Positions 40,101 through 52,900 of a stretch of 64,000 nucleotides of DNA are shown in pieces. Origin of the DNA: Psammoneis japonica (lineage: Eukaryota); NCBI GenBank assembly GCA_008632985.1, contig QPGO01000023.1, positions 403,266 to 467,265 of the forward strand, read 5' to 3'. A model generated the notes under the pieces. It was given only the letters and a program-made list of their open reading frames with translations, ran no database searches and had not been told where the DNA came from. Positions within the stretch are counted from its first letter, which is position 1; every line of letters starts with the position of its first letter. A program made the position numbers and the translations under genes.

Positions 40101-41259
40101 ACCCTAGTGGCTTTGTCGTCGGCATTCTTCTGTTCCTCCAGGACCACAAGTGAATACGACGAATCGATAAAAATATGCAGGCGATCAGCGCCGAAATAGC
40201 CCAGCACATGTCGACGACAAGCCTTGGGGCATGCCGCAACGAATACACCAGCATGGACCCCAGGCAAGCAAGTATGCAACGACATTGCAAGCGCTGTGAC
40301 CGTCATCGTAGTCTATTGACATACGCACGGAATAAGTTACACACAAGTAAAGATTGCTATATTGCACTTTATATTTTCTATTTCTATTGGAAAAGTTTCA
40401 AAGAGTCAAAAGTTGCTATTGAAATCGGTTGCGTAGGGTAACGTTGCCTCAAGAGCGCCATCAAAAGATGGAGCTCAAGCTTTTACGCATCTTCAGAGTG
40501 AAAAATATCACTCTAAAAAATGTAAAAGGGGGGACGTACTACGGAGACGACAAGTAAACTTGCGAGTCAACCGCGTGCTAAATCAACACTCCCTACGAGT
40601 GAAGACTTACCGTATCATGTCACTGATAAGACGGAACCCCAAACCCCGCGTTCCGTCAACGGTATGATCTGCTTGGCGAGCTTTTGCTGCTTCACAGACG
40701 AACGCTGCTGTCTATTTCAACAGCCGTGACCTGACGGGTCAAGCGAACAGGCAACTTCCTACGGTCAAAGACACAGGAGTAACATGGACTCCGGGCCGGA
40801 GACACGCATTCGATTTGCCCCGACCTCCGGACTTAACTGGCAACACCTACGCCACCTAGAGACAACACGCCATCAAGCAAAATGAGTTGTGGAATGCCAA
40901 ACAAATGCAAGGTCTCGATCCGGAAGAAGGGCGAGCCATCCTTTGGCGATAACGGCATTCAGGCTTTGGCAAACAACAAGCACATGGTGCGAGACGACGA
41001 CGAGTTGTGATCGAAAAACGAGTGGATTCTCTGAGATTTTGTTCGAGTCATGACCGTTGCTAAATTTCTCAATCACTATCATTTTTGTGTACATTCGTAG
41101 AATTAATACCATGATTTCGTATGTAGAAGATTGGTTGGAACTCGGTACTTTCAAAATTGTACCAATTCCTACGTACACTTTACGGTAACCGTAGAAAAGA
41201 AACTGCCGACAGTGACGTCTTCGCGGTCGAGGTCCGAGCTCCAGATTAAAGCAGGCTGA

Positions 41260-42175
41260 CAAAAAGGACTTTTCTGCCATGCTCTCTCAGTGCAGTAGAG
41301 AGGGCTAGCAGCAGCCACCAGATCAAGGCATGATGATGATAAAGCTCTGTGTTCTGACTGAAGTTAGGAGCTTCAGTTCTCCAGGTGATGGGTGTGACAC
41401 AGCTTGCAATCTCTGGAGCCAGAGCACTGCGCGTGCAGCCGAGCTCCTTCATCATGGCTGGTCATGGGCTCAAAAACAATGTGCCCATGCAACAAGTTGT
41501 CATGTGGGCAGAGCCAAAGAGAGCAGTGAGGGTTTGTGTTTTTTGGTTGGGGAAGTTCACTTCTTGTCATGGAAAGAGCCGTCATTGTCAAGAGACAACA
41601 ATGGCGTGTCAAAAGTCTTTGATGCCAAAGAAGCCACAGCTCTTCTCTTTCATCATGAGAGATGCAATGTGCTGTGGTCAACCACACATGGCTTTCTCTT
41701 GAAACAATGTGCAGCTGGCCTTGAGTCAGCTTCAATTTGTTGTTGCTCACAGCTTCCACTGGCCCGCATGGGTTGCGCATGTGGCCACCCTTTTTTGTCA
41801 CTGATTGTGTCTCCAGGATGATCTGAGTTGGTGGATGTTGACATTTCCCAGTGGGATTTCTTGCTGACATCATGGGGAGCTGACCCATGAAGAACTGGCA
41901 ACCTGCTGACCCTGTTCTTTGCAAAAAGGTGCAATTTTTTGCATTGAAGTTGCCATGAAGCTCCTCAGGAATTTGCTGAGGGTGCATGTGCCAAAGAAGC
42001 AAATGTGCAGATTGCCTTGTGTGGCTTGTGAGTGGCTGATCATTTCCAACTGCAGCAGATTTTGCAAGCTTTGTCAGCCTGAACACTGTTTTGAGCTCAC
42101 CTTTTCTAAAAACAGCAATGAGAGCAAGGATGACAGTGAGGCCTCATTTTTCAAAAAAAAAAAAAAAAAAAGTTG
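41260..42175. repeat. TpA-depleted decayed repeat ending in a poly(A) run (42153-42171)
   Basis: Near-absence of TA; A19 tract; family not recognised. Confidence 0.55.
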
Positions 42176-42180
42176 GGATG

Positions 42181-42390
42181 ACTGGCACGGCTCTGCGTGT
42201 TCAAAGCCCTTCTTGGCCGCTGGCAAGAGGCAAGAGCAGTTCATTGGTGGAGCTTACGACAAAGAGAGCAGTTTGCACAAAAACAAAAAATAACTTTCGT
42301 GGCACACTGAGGTTCAAGGTGCATGGAAGCAACAACACCAATGGCAACAATTCGTTGCCAAGGACCACGGGGCATGGTGGCATGAACAAA
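42181..42390 (-). pseudogene. Mutated fragment copy of the membrane-protein gene at 49112-49948
   Basis: Aligns with 49300-49495; still reads FVFVQTALFVVSSTNELLLP versus FAFVQTALFVVSSANELLLP. Confidence 0.9.
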
Positions 42391-42760
42391 CGGCGCATCT
42401 CACACAACGCCACACCCACACGACATCAACGCTGGTCGATGTGCGGAAGTGTGGTTCACACTGCTGCTGCTCGCACTGCTTACCTGGAGACTATTTCACC
42501 TACCGTATCATCCTCCTCTTGCCCCAAATAACAGAATGACTATGCCGGAACAACCGCCCGCAGATACTGTTATTCCTCGTAGAGATCGGAATCGATCGAC
42601 GATTTCGATGATATCGCAGGGAGTACGTCGATCCATTGTGTCTTGCTTGAGTGAAACCCGCGAGGTTGACTCTCCAAAATATATGAAAGCCAGAGGCTAA
42701 AGCAGACAAGTTTTAGAAGAAGTATTTTAACTTGCATATCAAATTAGCTATGGTAGGGCA

Positions 42761-43717
42761 TTACCATTTAATCTCTTGTTCTTCATAGAAATACTTTCCC
42801 GACGCGTCAAACTCGCTTTTCGGAAGCGTTGCCAACAAGTACGGCGTGAAAGCGCCCCGTTCAGCCTTGACGAACCCTTGATTGTTGTTTTGGTCAGTGG
42901 CGCAGTACCCAGGATCAACAGCATTACACATAATGTCTGGATATGTTCTGGAAAACAACTTGGTCATGGCAATTATACCAAGTTTGCTCATTCCATAGCA
43001 AGTGTTTGGATAGCCCTTGTCAGCATGCGTACCGCCCTGAACTGCTTGGACAAAATCTTTCATTAGAGCCTCAAGAGCATCTAGAGTCAAATCTGGCGAG
43101 GTGACGGTCTCTACAAGATCTTTTGATTTCAGAATCGCCAGTCTACCGGCGGCACTAGCTATATTGATAATTCGAGGCGACTTGGAGCCGCTTGACTGAA
43201 GCAATGGAAGCATCGCCTGGGTAACTCTTAACGTGCCGAAAAAGTTGGTTCGAATAGTGATATCAGCTTGTTCTTCGAAAGGCGTGTATGCAACCTTGCC
43301 ATATAGAGTCGGATCATTGAAACAAATTGCCGCATTGTTTATGAGTACATCAATGTGTCCGTACGTCTCCTTGACAAACTCAGCGGCGGAAGTAATGCTG
43401 TTTTCGTCTACAAGGTCAAGTGTTACTTGAACGACTTTACTAGTCGATTGACAATCCTTGGACAATTCATCACATGCTTGTTTTCCCAACTCGTCATTAC
43501 GACATGCAATAATTGTGACCGTGTTTGGATCTTGGCTGAGACGATGTGCGATTTCCTTTCCGATGCCCTTGTTGGATCCCGTCACTAGTGCAACTCGTTG
43601 TGGCGGTGCTGCTGAAAATCCTATAGCAGCTCGTATGCTCAAGCGCAAAAGCAGAAGAGAAAAGAGCAACAGGTGGCTGGAAGTGCAGGTGCTCCTTTGG
43701 TTGTGTATGGCCATCAT
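42761..43717 (-). CDS. Classical SDR, carbonyl reductase (CBR1-like), putative plastid-targeted
   Basis: VALVTGSNKGIG, IDVLINNAA, TNFFGT, YGMSK catalytic motif, VDPGYCATD; signal peptide AAIG-F. Confidence 0.9.
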   Translation of the reverse strand: MMAIHNQRSTCTSSHLLLFSLLLLRLSIRAAIGFSAAPPQRVALVTGSNKGIGKEIAHRLSQDPNTVTIIACRNDELGKQACDELSKDCQSTSKVVQVTLDLVDENSITSAAEFVKETYGHIDVLINNAAICFNDPTLYGKVAYTPFEEQADITIRTNFFGTLRVTQAMLPLLQSSGSKSPRIINIASAAGRLAILKSKDLVETVTSPDLTLDALEALMKDFVQAVQGGTHADKGYPNTCYGMSKLGIIAMTKLFSRTYPDIMCNAVDPGYCATDQNNNQGFVKAERGAFTPYLLATLPKSEFDASGKYFYEEQEIKW

Positions 43718-44040
43718 CTATTGTATTGTCATCAGTGCCGAGTGCCGAGGGCCCGGACGCGATGAGCGATGCATGTGCAAACGAATAATCGAAGCAAGAG
43801 GTCACACCTACCGGTAGGTACGTACGTACTGTAGACCCTACCATACATACGATACATTGGAGTCTCTAATAGGTTATGGGCCTATGGTCTCTGCCGTCGC
43901 ACAGTGCCTCTGAAACTCCCTGCGTAACCAAACCTCTTTTGCACGAGCATTTCGACACCGCCCTTGAGCGTTTTCAACGTAAACTTGGGTGCTCTGTCGA
44001 TCGCAAAGAGGTCACTCCTACGATACATTGGAGTCTCTAA

Positions 44041-47000
44041 CAGGAGGAAGCATGAAAGCAACAAGCTGTGCGCTGCAACTCTCGGAGTTGAAGCTCATGC
44101 AGTGCGATTGTTTAAATTCGGCTGACGTCATGAGGCCAACACAAGGTGCACAAAATGTGACAGTGAATAAAAACCATTTGTTTCCCCACCACATTTTCCT
44201 CTGCGGTTTCAAAATCTTGCCGTTTTTGAAAAATCCATTCACAAATCGCCGCAACGAAATCACCAGCGACATTGGTGCGGGAACAATGATGTGGGTGGCA
44301 CCACAGGTGTGAAGGAAGTGCACACGAACCCCACCTGCGGAGCATTGGAACCCGTCTGTTGAAGGCAGAGAGTCCGCTCCAGTGTGGAGAAGGATCAAGC
44401 ACTTCTCTTCAGCTTCATCATTCAAGAGAAATGTGATGATTGAAGCCTTCTTTGTCCCTCATGCACCAGCGCTCTTGTGCTGTTGAAATCGGCAGCACAG
44501 GTGTTGCCACGGCTGTTGAAACAGACAGCAGCATTCATCTGCAAAACAGCAAAAGCTTGCTGAGCAGATCATGCCATTGATGAAACACAGGGTTTGGGGT
44601 TCTGTCATGTCAGCAACATGGTGCGGCAAGTCTTCACTTGCAGGGAGTGTTGATTTGGCGCACGCAGTTGACTCGCAAGTTCTCTTGTCATCTCCGCAGT
44701 GCGCCCCCCCCTCTGTTTCTTTTTTTGGATGGTGATCCACCTGGAAAATTGGAAAAAGCTTGAGTGCCATCTTTTGATGGTGCCCTTGAGACAATGTTGC
44801 CCCACACAATGACCAATTTCTGTGTCAACTTTTGACATTGGTGTGTCTCAATCTCTTGAAACTTTCTTTGAAACCACTTTTTCCAATCTGCAGAAGTGGG
44901 AAGATGAAAAGCAAAGTGCAGCAATCTTTGTTTGCGTGCAAGTCATTCCACATGTGCACTGACAGACTGTGGTGGCAGTTGCAGTGCTTGTGATGTCATT
45001 TCTGTTTTTCACCACTTTGTTCTCTTGTTCTCTTTCCTTTTCAGATGGGGTCCACAACGGGGCAGGCATTCATTGCAGTGTGCTTCAAGATGATGTGTGC
45101 TGGGCCATTTCAGCATTGATCATCTGTGTGTTTTCCAATTGATTCGGCATTTGTTGTCAGGGAGTTGCGATCGTTCTGCCAAACTGGTGGAGCAACAGAA
45201 GAATGCCAATTTTCTAAAGAAGCTGGCTGCAAGTCTAGAACACTCTCCAGAGACAAACAAAAGATTCTTTTTTTTTTGCAAGTTCATTTGTGAGATGGCG
45301 CCATGACTCGTTCATCCTCAACTGGCTGGACAATGTTGAAAGCCTTCTTGAGCTGAACAACCAAACCATCAAATGATGCCCGTGTCAGGGTTGAGCAGAG
45401 GCTGTGAGATGAGTTGAATTGATGACTGCGTTGAACATTGGGATTGTCTTCATTGACAATCTTCATGGCCACAGACAATCCCTTGCAAGCAGTCTCCTGC
45501 TCCCAGCCATTGCTCTCAATGGAGGTCACTTTTCCAACATGTGGTCCTCCCAGGGCTGGGACACACAATGGAGTGTCAACTTTGAGAATGCCTTCCGTGA
45601 CTTTGACACCAACAATGTTTTGGATCCTTTTGGTTGAAAATGTGTTGAGGCAAAATGTTGATGATGCTGGGAAACAAAGTGACTCTTTTGGGTAAAAAAA
45701 TGCAAATCAAGTGTGAGTTGATCAAGCAGACCTGCAACTGCTTGTGTGCAACAAAGCATGTGGTTGCCACTTGCGCTGCTGCCTCTCTCATCTGCAATCC
45801 ACTGGAGTTTGTCCATGAACCTGGCAGACTGATCAAACTGGTGGTGGACAATCTCATTGGCGTGTTCTCAGGCCTTGCGCTCAATCATCAACTCAAAGAA
45901 TGCAAGGAATGCAGGGCACTCCAGACAGCCTCTCTTGTTCACAATGAAGATTTTTGTCACATCACGTTTGTGCGCTGCTCCAACTCCAATTTTGCATTCA
46001 AGGGTGTTGGAGGGTTTGCATCTTCCTGCAAGAACCACAGGAGCACTTCAAGTGTGCCCAAGGTTGAGGCTTGGACCATTGTTCTAAGACAGTCAGACCA
46101 CAGACAACAAGTCTGATGCACAGGACTGTCGACAGGGTTCCTCCAGCCATGACCTTCTTGAGTCCATTTCCAAAACTCTTGACACCAAGTGCCCCTTTGA
46201 TTTCTTTATGATGCATGCAGTCTGTTCAGACTTGATGTGCGTTTCTTGGCTTGGCAGCAGCATCAGCATTTTGGTGACAATTGGGCCATCCGCTGTGCAG
46301 TGCATGGTCTTGTTGCCCTCCTGTGCTCATGGGATGGCAGCCATTCACCTCCAGAGCATCTGCACTTGTGCCCAATCACAAGTTGGTCTGGTGTTGAACC
46401 ATGTCACAAAGCAGCATCAAGACACCTTGAACTCCCTCTCCAGTCACAACCGACATTGATGCAAATGGGACAGAGTCAGAATTGGTCTAATCTTTGTCTC
46501 CCATTTCCCAGTGCAAGTTTGAGACAAGGCCCTGTTCCTGCAGTGGAACCTCTGCTTCTACAGAATGACTGGAGACCTCTGAAATCATCATGTGCTTGGG
46601 GCGATCCTTGAGAGCATCTTGAGTTGGAGTGTCTTTTCACATCTTCCAAGCACAGCACCTGTCCACCTTGTTCAATGAAAGGACAGCTTTGTCTGCACAG
46701 CTTGTTGAGACTTTTGATTGTCTGCTGTCACAAACCATTCATGAGATTGTCATCTGGAGTGGCAATGTTGCAAAGGGATGATCCAAGAGAACAAAGATTG
46801 GCAAAGGACTCATGGACTGGTGCATCAATCACAAACATTCCCCAAACTTTGCTGTCAAACTTTTCCCTTTCATTGAGCTCAGCCTGGTTTGGTGGCTAAG
46901 AATCAATTGTTGGAAGCATGTTGCTGAAATTTTCTGTGCAACACCACCTGCTCATTCTGTTTTGTGCTTCATTGAGCTCCCAAGACAAGAAAGGAATGTC

Positions 47001-48640
47001 AAAAAAACACAGCGGGAAACAAGCTGTCCACTTCAAAATGCACAATGCCATTCTTGGTCAAGGTTGAAGAGAAACACATGCGCAGGACTGCCATGGCCAA
47101 GAGTTGTCTCAATTGACACGTTCTGGGGACAACTTTGTGGGTGGCTGGCTGATGGCTGCACAACATGTGTCAACAGGCAAATTGTGCACCCCCCATCATG
47201 TGCAAGTCTGGCAAAGTCAGCATGCATGCACTTCTCTTCAGTTGTTTCACTCATCAAAAGCAACAGAAAACTCTGTGCCAGACTTGACACTTGATGATGA
47301 CAAAAACATGATCGTGCAGACACAAACAACATTTTCTGTTGACTGCATCATGCAACACACCATGTGCAACTCTGCCTGCACTCCTGCGCCGTTGAATGAC
47401 AGAAAAAGGTGTCAAACACAGCACGTGAAAAATTGCAGTCTGTTCATTGCAGGCAAATTTTCAAAAGCATTCAGAACTCCACATCATGATTGTTTGCACT
47501 GCAAATTCTCCCTCCATCACACATCACACCCAGTTCAGTCAGTGTTCTATAAAAGTTTGAGTGTGGGTGGCAATGAGCATGTCACCAAATGCTTGTGGTT
47601 GCATCTCAGTGAGATCTTCTGGACTGTTGATTTCAAGAAGAAACCAGACTGCGACTCGCTCAAGTTGCACCTCAAGGGCTTGAACGCATTCATTGGAGCC
47701 AAGGCTTCTGAAGAAGAGTCCAAAGAATGTTTTGGGATGTGCTGGCATCACTGCTGCCCCATCAATGCAGACAGTGATTCAGAGCCAGAGGAATCTGCTG
47801 CCAGGCTGACATGATCTCGACAAGCTGCCAAGCGATCCTCTCTCCAGGCTCGCAGCTCCAAGCTCACCAAATCTCATCACACCAAAAAAGATGACAACAG
47901 TGAGGATGAGATGACTGCCATGGATGTGTCAGATGAGGAAGAATCTGAAGATGCCAACACGGAACTGGATGAAAAAGTTTCTACGAGAACCACGCCCCTT
48001 CTAAAGGTGGCGTCCTTCTTTTCCCATCCGAAGGACCGCATCGTGGTGAAACCTTTGCTCTTCAGTTCAGTGCTGCCAACACTGTTGTCTTCACAAGCAA
48101 CCACAGCAGATGCTTGCAGAAATGACATTTGGGGCAGGGTTGCACAGATCTCTTGCTCTTTGCAATGACTGGTTTGGGGGTCAGCTTCTGAAGTGAGGCC
48201 CCCCTCTGCCTTTCAGGGCACCATGCACTTGTCCAACTGTTCCTCTGCCTTTGTCATCTTGTTGTTTGGTGCAGTTCTTGCTGCACTCTTCATTGGATGC
48301 CTTGCCCCTTCAAAGACACATGCACAGGAACTGCCCCAGCTGAGATGAGAGCTTGTGTCGTGTGCATGTGGGGCTGAAGAGTTGGGCTGCCAACTGCCAA
48401 CAAACTTTTCATGGTGGATGTGGTGTGACTGTGGCAGGAGGCACTGCGTGGTGGCATCTTTGTGGCAGAAGCCAAACAGCCAAGTCGACAAGTCGATCTG
48501 CAGACCTCCCATGCATGTTGAGAGCGAGTTGGGGGCGGGGAGCGGAGTCTGAGCGGGCAAGTGTTTTTGCGTGTGAGGTTGGGTTTCGCGTGAAAGTGCG
48601 AGACGCGACGACGACTCCTCGATGCTTCCAAATGAAGTGC
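44041..48640. repeat. TpA-depleted decayed block containing the eIF5B pseudogene and unidentified repeat remnants
   Basis: Near-absence of TA; Tyr-poor spurious ORFs. Confidence 0.7.
45340..46960 (-). pseudogene. EIF5B: Degenerate copy of translation initiation factor eIF5B
   Basis: Minus-strand remnants in the correct order: AGGVAQKISAT, DAPVHESFANLCSLGSSLCNIA, QTIKSLNKL, GPIVT, HHKEIKGALGVK, VQASTLGTLEVLLWFL, GKVTSIE...SVAMKI, LTRASFDGL; stops and frameshifts. Confidence 0.82.
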
Positions 48641-49111
48641 CACGTGTAAGTTAGAAGTTCGGCACATCTGGACGACTCTTCGGCGAGGGTCTGTCTACAT
48701 AAAGTACAAGAGAGTCTTTAAAGTACCGGTAGAACAGGACTACGCCAAAAGACTTTCCATTAGGCTCTAAAAGTTGATATACATTTCCTGTGTACAAGTC
48801 GACGAAGGTAAGGAAGTAGCAGTTACCGTCTTCAGGGTTGATGAAAAGGTGTTCATCCTGCAGTCGGGTACGAGCACATCCGAGACACCACTGCACAAGA
48901 TTTCATCACTAATTTTTGAATGTCGTCAGATTCCTTAGATAATTATTAAAGATGTAATCTAAAATCTATGACACCGTCTTGTCGTTTTGAAAGTACGACG
49001 TAGCATGCAGATTCGGTGCCGCCAGTTCAAGGGTCTCTGCCTAGCTAATGTAACTATGTCCGCTCGCTTGAATTTCATGCAGGTCGATGCAAAAGAGACT
49101 TGACAAATGCT

Positions 49112-49948
49112 TTACGCCACCTTCTTTTTGATGACGGACGCAGACGTCTTCTGATGATACCAACAGATGCAATACGTCGCTGCAATTCCAACACCCAAGA
49201 ATCCGTCATAGGTCAAGTGGCCACCCAATGCCATGACGCCACGAGTACACATGGTTGCTTCCGCCCAGGCCACAAGAGTCGACGGGAATCCAACCACAAC
49301 CGGTACGACTGCGTATTCAAAACCCTTCTTGGTGGTTGGCAAGAGTAGCTCGTTGGCGGAGCTTACGACAAAGAGAGCAGTTTGTACAAAGGCAAACCCA
49401 AACTTGCGTGGCACGCTAAGGTGCATAGAAACAATAACCACAGCAATGGCAACAATTCGTTTCCAAGGACCACGGGGCATGGTGGCACGAACAAATGAGA
49501 TCCAAAACACGCAAAACAGAAAAAGCTCAAGGATGACTCGAGGCGGAGACAATGCCCCACCTCGCATGTCGTCCAAGTGGCTCACTTCGGGATCAGACAT
49601 GAATCCGTCTCGCATATTCTTGCCGATGAATCCGTGCGCCAAGCCGTGAATAAAGTGAGCCACCGCGTTGCTGATTAAAAACTTGTTGGCATCCGCCATG
49701 CCGTCGGAAGCGTGACGCATCTTGCGGTAGAGTACACACATGATTCCACAGACAAACGAATCAAAGTAGAAACAAAGATCATGGGAGGTCCAGTAGTCCT
49801 TGTTGGCGTTGGCGATGCAAAACCCATTTTCTTTCCAGACCGGGTCGAACTTATTCCACTCTCGCGCGACTGCCACGGCATAGACCGCGGCGGATAGAAA
49901 GGAAAGCATGTTGGCAGTATCGCCTACCTTCTCATACGACAAAGTCAT
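49112..49948 (-). CDS. Multi-pass membrane protein of unknown function with His motifs
   Basis: Intact 278-aa ORF with normal Tyr/TA usage, several hydrophobic helices, SHDLC, HGLAH and GGHLTYD motifs. Confidence 0.75.
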   Translation of the reverse strand: MTLSYEKVGDTANMLSFLSAAVYAVAVAREWNKFDPVWKENGFCIANANKDYWTSHDLCFYFDSFVCGIMCVLYRKMRHASDGMADANKFLISNAVAHFIHGLAHGFIGKNMRDGFMSDPEVSHLDDMRGGALSPPRVILELFLFCVFWISFVRATMPRGPWKRIVAIAVVIVSMHLSVPRKFGFAFVQTALFVVSSANELLLPTTKKGFEYAVVPVVVGFPSTLVAWAEATMCTRGVMALGGHLTYDGFLGVGIAATYCICWYHQKTSASVIKKKVA

Positions 49949-52900
49949 TTCGGCGTGGTGCTAGGTGAAGAGGAGTTGCTAATGATACTAAATTGTGCTA
50001 ATGTTGGCGTCACTTTGTGAATTCTCGGTCCCACATCAATGTGAACAACACAGAATTCTCTCGTCATTCCAATTTCATCACGCGTTTCCCGTTTTTTGGT
50101 TTCCCGCCATTTTTTGATCTTTTCCGGGTTCTTTCATTGACATCAGCATTGCAGCGCGTGTGATCATTCTGAATTCATCGCTCGCTCGTCGACCTTACGC
50201 GCGTGTCCGTCGCACGTCAAGGCGTTGAGCAAAGTAAACGTACGCAGGATTGAAAGGGCCCAGATGGTTGGAGCAACACGCAGTTCAAAGACACAACTTT
50301 GGAGAAGGCCCATGATGCCATTGCAGGCTTGTTGGGAAGCAGCATTGCTGGCAAGAAGCTTTGCATTTGGTTTGATCACACAGGCATTGGCGCCACCTCT
50401 CAGCAGCAGAAGCAGCACGTCTGCGCCACATGTGGGGCCAAAATGTCGCGATCTGCAAGTGGAGAAGTTTTGGGCTGCAAGATCATTTTCTTGCCACAGA
50501 TGTTGGCATGCATGCAATGGCACAGAGTCACCACAAAAAGCAGCCACTGGAAAGTCATTTCGTGTGTGATCTTGGTTGGGGTCAAAATGAAATCACTGGC
50601 TCGACCCCAAAATCTCGGTTCCAAAAGCAGTGCCTTGTTGGCAAAGTGCCCTGAGACCATTGTGCCAAACTGACTTTGTCATTGAACATGGTCTGCAAAG
50701 CCCTTCTAAGTGAGAATCAGCAAAAAGGTCAGCTTGGTGGATCTGCAATGTTTGCAAAATGTCTTGAGTGCTGGCTCTCTCGTGAGCGCTCTCCAAAGCT
50801 GGCAGATCGTGGGAGGGCACTTTGCAAATCTTGGTTGCTTTCCATGTTGCTTTCCAGATTGCTTTCCAGGTTGCCAGGCCATGCAGTGCTGCAGTGTTTC
50901 TGGTGTGCACTGCCGCATCTCCAAGCCTGGGAGGCTGCTCCAGCTCCCGTTGTCACGCAGAGGTGCGCGATCGTCCATCACTGGCCCATTTTTGCATTCT
51001 TTGGCACAACAAACTCCTTCAAGGGTGAGTGCACACAAAGCTTTTGTTTTTTTGTGCTTCTGTTTTTGAATGATCAAAATTGAAGGAGTTCACACTGCTG
51101 AATGTGGGCTTTGGCTGGCATTGCATTTTGCATGAAGGACACACACATCAAAAAATGCTTTCTGTGTGCACACTTTTTCATTTTGTGGAGCCTGTGTTTG
51201 CAGTCTGCTTCAAGAACTCAACTGACATCTGAGCACAACCACTTTCTACAGACACCAAAAATTTCATTTTCATGGAATGCACCACAAAATGATGATGTCC
51301 TCTCATCCATCTCATCCACCAGCCCCCTTTGTGCACACATTTCACTGACACATTGAATGCACCATGGTCAAGAAAAGGAAGCAAACTGTTCTGGAGTTGG
51401 CCATTGACACAAGTCAGGAACTGGCAGCTGCAAAAACAGAAGGTGTTGTTGTGATGGGCTGTTCTTTCTAAGACAACCCACCCCTCCCAAGTCAATGCTG
51501 AAGGAGCAACAGCCACTCCCTCCAACCTCACCTCTGACAAAATGCCGCCATCACTCCCTCTGTTTCTCCTGCCAGCCAAACTCCTGTCATCTGCAGCACG
51601 CTTCAATTTTGATCTTCAAGCCCATGACAAAACCCACAAAGATCCTCAACAAGTGTGCTGTGTTGTGCAGCAGTCAAAACAACATCAGAGTGCACGACAT
51701 CGTAATGTCTGCACACATGATAAAAACACATTGCTGTGTTGTGAAATCTGCTCATCTGCACATGACGGTTTTTGTCATTTAGTTGATCATCAATCTCCTG
51801 CTGTTCTTCATGTTTGAACACAGATGTTTTTTAATTTTTGTGCTCTGCCTTTTTCACAACAACTGACGATCTTTAACAACAAGCCAAACATTGCAATTGC
51901 ATGCAATGAAATTTTCATCATGCAAAGTGCGCACCAATTGTTTGGTCAATGACTGTGCTCCAATTTGCCTGGTCGTCCGCATGGTCCTCTTCATTCCACA
52001 TGTCTTGTCTGCTCTCTTGCAAGAATTTCAAACATGCCACTGCCGCATTGGATGTTTCCTCGTCGCCGTTCCAAAAAAGCCACACTGCATTTCTTGCATT
52101 TGGGTGAACATCATCGAGAGGAAGAGGTCCCTCGAAATGCTGAATCGCATCACTGCTCCCCTCTTGACGTCGTGTTGTCGGCTTCTTTTTGTCTTTCTTC
52201 ATTTTGCCCGTCCCATTTTTCTCTTCCTTCCTCGTCTTGGCGCCGCCTGTTTTCACCGTCTACGGCATCTTTCCATCCGAGTTCTTCTTTTTCATCGATC
52301 CCGTCGCCATTGCCTTCATCTCTTGTTGTTGTTGTTTTTTTTTCTGTTGTGTCACTTTGTTTTGGATCCATGTTTCTGACTTCTCTCCATGCCATCTCCA
52401 TTTCCAAATGTTTCTTTGTGATTGTTTGCATGCGTCACTTGAAGGCACCCACGTGTTTTTCACGCACCTTAACGCGTGTGTAGAAATCCATGTTGTTTTC
52501 CAGCACATGCACCCTTTTTCCTGATGCTGTTCCGCACAATGTTTTCTTCCATCAATTCCACACTCCGCATTGCCCTTTCCCGGCATGATCTCAAGCAGGA
52601 TTTCCCTGGGAGAAGTCACATGCGCATCTGGCAGGTTTTTGCATTTAAAACTCCAAATCGCACCAGGCGCATGTGTGACTTCTCCCACACACCACTCTGG
52701 CACATTTCTGCAGAAACCAGATTTTTTGGTGTTGGAACAGCAACCATGGCGCCGCATGACCTGTCGGTTGCCTCTCTGTTGCAAGACAACAATGATTCCC
52801 ACCTCGAGGAGGCCGCATTTGAATCTCTCTTTGCCAACGGTTTTGGAGTGATCGACAGCAATGAGCAGAGCCGTGTCAAAGCGACAATCGAGACGGTGAA

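Noticed and set aside
40140..40370. Second diverged pseudogene of the 49112-49948 membrane gene
   Set aside because: Only faint resemblance (NVVAYL versus NAVAHF); cannot be supported by eye
50835..50870. Three 12-bp tandem units (ttgctttccann)
   Set aside because: Too short to assign a function; probably a local slippage or subterminal repeat
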